The notes under the pieces were generated by a model. It saw nothing but the letters and a program-made list of their open reading frames with translations, was not told the DNA's origin and ran no database searches. Positions 45,551 to 47,933 of a DNA stretch of 47,933 nt are shown piece by piece; the stretch's first letter is position 1; every line of letters starts with the position of its first letter. The translations under genes were made by a program, and so were the position numbers. The DNA is from Pseudomonadota bacterium. Lineage in GTDB: Bacteria > Pseudomonadota > Gammaproteobacteria > Pseudomonadales > JBCDEX01. The DNA is taken from NCBI GenBank assembly GCA_039178995.1, contig JBCDEX010000001.1, positions 1 to 47,933 on the forward strand, in the 5' to 3' direction.

Positions 45551-47454
45551 GTTTACTGCGTTTTAACGACGTTAATTTTGCAATTGGCGAACAAAAAATA
45601 CTCAGCCATGCGGCGTTGTCGGTTGAGCCAAACGAACGAATTTGTTTGATTGGGCGTAATGGTGCAGGCAAGTCGACGTTGATGCGCATCTTGATGGGTG
45701 AGCAAGAAGTGGACTCGGGTGAAATTCATGTTCGTCAGTTTTTACGCATCACTCAATTGCAACAAAGTTTGCCCGACGCGACCGATGAGGAAGTGGTTGA
45801 GTTTGTAAAGCAAGGCTTGGCGTATCAGCAAGGACTGATTGATCAATATCAAGCTTTGTCTGCGTTGGAAATGAGCGACACTCATTTAAACGACATGGAA
45901 GCCTTGCAGCAAGAAATTGAAAGCAGTGGCTTTGGGTGGGACTTGGACATTCAAGTCAATAAAATCGTCACCCAACTTGAACTGCCCGCAGGTAAAAAAC
46001 TCAGTGAGTTATCGGGCGGTTGGCGACGACGCGTGGCACTGGCGCGAGCGATGGTCTCCAATCCAGATTTGTTGTTGTTGGATGAGCCCACCAACCACTT
46101 GGACATCAGCACCATTGAGTGGTTAGAGCATCAATTGATTGGCTTTAAAGGCACGGTTATTTTTATTACGCATGATCGTAATTTCTTACAGAAAATCGCA
46201 ACCCGCATTGTCGAATTGGAACGTTCCACGCTCATCAGTTGGCCGGGAAATTATCAAAATTATCTGACGCTAAAAGAAAAAGCGATTGAAGAAGAAGCGG
46301 AACAGAATGCGTTGTTTGATAAAAAGTTAGCGCAAGAAGAAACCTGGGTTCGACAAGGTATTAAAGCACGTCGCACTCGCAACGAAGGGCGTGTGCGTGC
46401 GCTCAAAGAAATGCGCGCTGAGTACGCGAGTCGCGTCAAACGTCAGGGCAAAGCACAGATTTCCATGCAAAGCGCAGAGTACTCTGGACGCAAGGTGATC
46501 TCAGCGAAAAACGTCTCGTGTGCCTTTGGTGATGAGACGCTCATTGATAAATTTAATTTGCGTGTGATGCGCGGTGACCGAATCGGTTTGATTGGGAACA
46601 ACGGTGTGGGCAAGAGCACCTTACTGCGCATTTTATTGGGGAAATTAGAGCCCGATACAGGTGTGATTAAACTCGGTACGAATTTGCAGATGGCGTATTT
46701 TGATCAGATGCGCAGTGAGCTTGATGACACCAAAACCATCGCCGATTATGTCGGGGAAGGGAAAACCTATATCAGCATCAATGGCAAAGACCGTCATGTG
46801 ATTGGCTATTTGAAAAGTTTTCTGTTTTCACCCGAACGCAGTCAAACACCGATTCGTGTGTTGTCGGGCGGTGAGCGAAACCGTGTGTTGCTGGCGAAAC
46901 TGTTCACGCGTCCAGCGAACCTGTTGATTTTAGATGAACCAACCAATGACTTAGACGTTGAAATGCTCGAAGCCTTAGAAGAGCGTTTATTAGCATTCGA
47001 TGGTACTTTGATCATTGTCAGTCACGACCGTCAATTTTTAGACAACGTGGTGACCAGTACCTTGGTGTTTGAAGGCGATGGGAAAATTGGTCAATACGTT
47101 GGCGGTTACAGCGATTGGGAAGCTTACGGTAAGAGTTTACTGATCAAAGATTTGGAAGAATCTGGGCAATCGGCAGCCGCTCCTGAACCGGTGGTTGAGG
47201 TTGCAGCAGACGCGCCTAAAAAACCCAAAAAGCTCAGCTATAAGTATCAGCGCGAGTTGGATGCGTTGCCAGCTGAGGTTGAGGCATTAGAAAGCGCCTT
47301 GGGTGAACTGCAAACACACGCCTCGGCGGACGGTTTTTATGAGCAGGCGTATGAAGAGACGAAAGACGTGTTGGATCGCATTGCCGACCTAGAAGCGCAA
47401 CTTGAAGCGAAAATGCTGCGCTGGGTCGAGCTGGAGGAGATGCAGGCGGGGTAG
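45547..47454 (+). CDS. uup: ABC-F family ATPase Uup
   Basis: 635 aa (same length as E. coli Uup). Two ABC cassettes (GRNGAGKST / LSGGWRRRVALA / LLLDEPTNHLD and GNNGVGKST / LSGGERNRVLLA / LILDEPTNDLD), no TM domain, C-terminal coiled-coil tail. Confidence 0.9.
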   Translation: MSLLRFNDVNFAIGEQKILSHAALSVEPNERICLIGRNGAGKSTLMRILMGEQEVDSGEIHVRQFLRITQLQQSLPDATDEEVVEFVKQGLAYQQGLIDQYQALSALEMSDTHLNDMEALQQEIESSGFGWDLDIQVNKIVTQLELPAGKKLSELSGGWRRRVALARAMVSNPDLLLLDEPTNHLDISTIEWLEHQLIGFKGTVIFITHDRNFLQKIATRIVELERSTLISWPGNYQNYLTLKEKAIEEEAEQNALFDKKLAQEETWVRQGIKARRTRNEGRVRALKEMRAEYASRVKRQGKAQISMQSAEYSGRKVISAKNVSCAFGDETLIDKFNLRVMRGDRIGLIGNNGVGKSTLLRILLGKLEPDTGVIKLGTNLQMAYFDQMRSELDDTKTIADYVGEGKTYISINGKDRHVIGYLKSFLFSPERSQTPIRVLSGGERNRVLLAKLFTRPANLLILDEPTNDLDVEMLEALEERLLAFDGTLIIVSHDRQFLDNVVTSTLVFEGDGKIGQYVGGYSDWEAYGKSLLIKDLEESGQSAAAPEPVVEVAADAPKKPKKLSYKYQRELDALPAEVEALESALGELQTHASADGFYEQAYEETKDVLDRIADLEAQLEAKMLRWVELEEMQAG

Positions 47455-47460
47455 CTCGGG

Positions 47461-47933
47461 TTATACGCCGTACGTCTCTAAGTACTTCGCCATGGCACTG
47501 TGCTTCTTGTCCTCGCCACGCTGTTCAAGGTAGGTCAGCAAATGCGAGGCTGAAATGATGCTTTTTACTTGAATGCCAAACTCACGTTCCAGTTCGCTGA
47601 TGGCGGACTTGCCATTAACGCCTTTTTCTTGGCGATTCAGACCAATCACCAAACCTGTTAGCTTCGCCGACGTGCCTTTTAATAGCGCAATGACCTCACG
47701 CACCGCTGTGCCTGCGGTGATTACATCGTCAATGATCACGATGTTGCCGCGAATGGTGGCGCCAATCAGTTGCCCGCCTTCGCCATGATCCTTTTTCTCT
47801 TTGCGATTAAAGGCGCACGCGATGTTGCGTTTGTGTGAATTGTACAGTGCGGTTGCAGTGCACGTGGTCAGTGGAATGCCTTTGTACGCAGGACCAAATA
47901 ACAGATCAATGTCTTTGAAATCAGCATCTTGGA
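47461..47933 (-). CDS. pyrE: Orotate phosphoribosyltransferase PyrE, C-terminal part (5' end outside window)
   Basis: The reading frame continues upstream of the track's internal start to the window edge. It reads ...FNRKEKKDHGEGGQLIGATIRGNIVIIDDVITAGTAVRE..., containing the PRPP-binding motif (E. coli NRKEAKDHGEGG...VMLVDDVITAGTA). Confidence 0.9.
   Translation of the reverse strand, partial: QDADFKDIDLLFGPAYKGIPLTTCTATALYNSHKRNIACAFNRKEKKDHGEGGQLIGATIRGNIVIIDDVITAGTAVREVIALLKGTSAKLTGLVIGLNRQEKGVNGKSAISELEREFGIQVKSIISASHLLTYLEQRGEDKKHSAMAKYLETYGV

Noticed and set aside
1-47933. A scan for mobile elements, CRISPR arrays, tRNA or rRNA genes, toxin-antitoxin pairs and defence islands.
   Set aside because: I recognised no transposase, integrase or phage-like ORFs, no terminal inverted repeats flanking a block, no regularly spaced repeat-spacer array, and no tRNA-like T-loop context in intergenic DNA. 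The only tandem repeat is the 3 x 23 bp array at proA.

Overview
This 47.9-kb window looks like core chromosome of a gammaproteobacterium. I found no rRNA or tRNA genes, no CRISPR array, and no transposase, integrase or phage genes. Almost every long ORF is a recognisable housekeeping gene, and gene order follows well-known conserved clusters.

Gene content, left to right:
- secB (3' part), convergent with a minus-strand block trmL, ntrC, ntrB, purD, a RumA-family RNA methyltransferase, purH, fis, dusB and a SAM methyltransferase.
- A plus-strand cell-envelope and lipoate block: proA, nadD, rsfS, rlmH, mrdA, rodA, mltB, a SPOR lipoprotein in the rlpA position, dacA, ybeD, lipB, lipA.
- A consolidated phosphate block: phoB, phoR, two tandem paralogous porins, pstS, pstC, pstA, pstB, phoU, and a convergent pitA.
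- A yhiN-family flavoprotein, then gluQ and dksA on the minus strand.
- A small Rieske protein, two uncharacterised envelope proteins, and degP.
- tkt, epd, pgk, fba, an alpha/beta hydrolase, uup, and the 3' part of pyrE.

I do not see a convincing novel multi-gene system such as a defence, toxin or secretion system. The observations most worth a second look are:
1. Three perfect 23-bp tandem repeats fused to the proA start codon. They supply its Shine-Dalgarno (SD) sequence and form a chain of overlapping mini-frames.
2. An unusually consolidated Pho locus whose promoters carry 11-bp-phased TTAA(Y) direct repeats instead of the enterobacterial CTGTCAT Pho box. It also has a lipoprotein-type PstS.
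3. A recent tandem porin duplication with a localised divergence and charge hot-spot.
4. An uncharacterised envelope gene pair at 35.5-37.2 kb, with a divergently transcribed Rieske gene beside it.

All calls come from reading the translations and the DNA by eye. No searches or computations were run.
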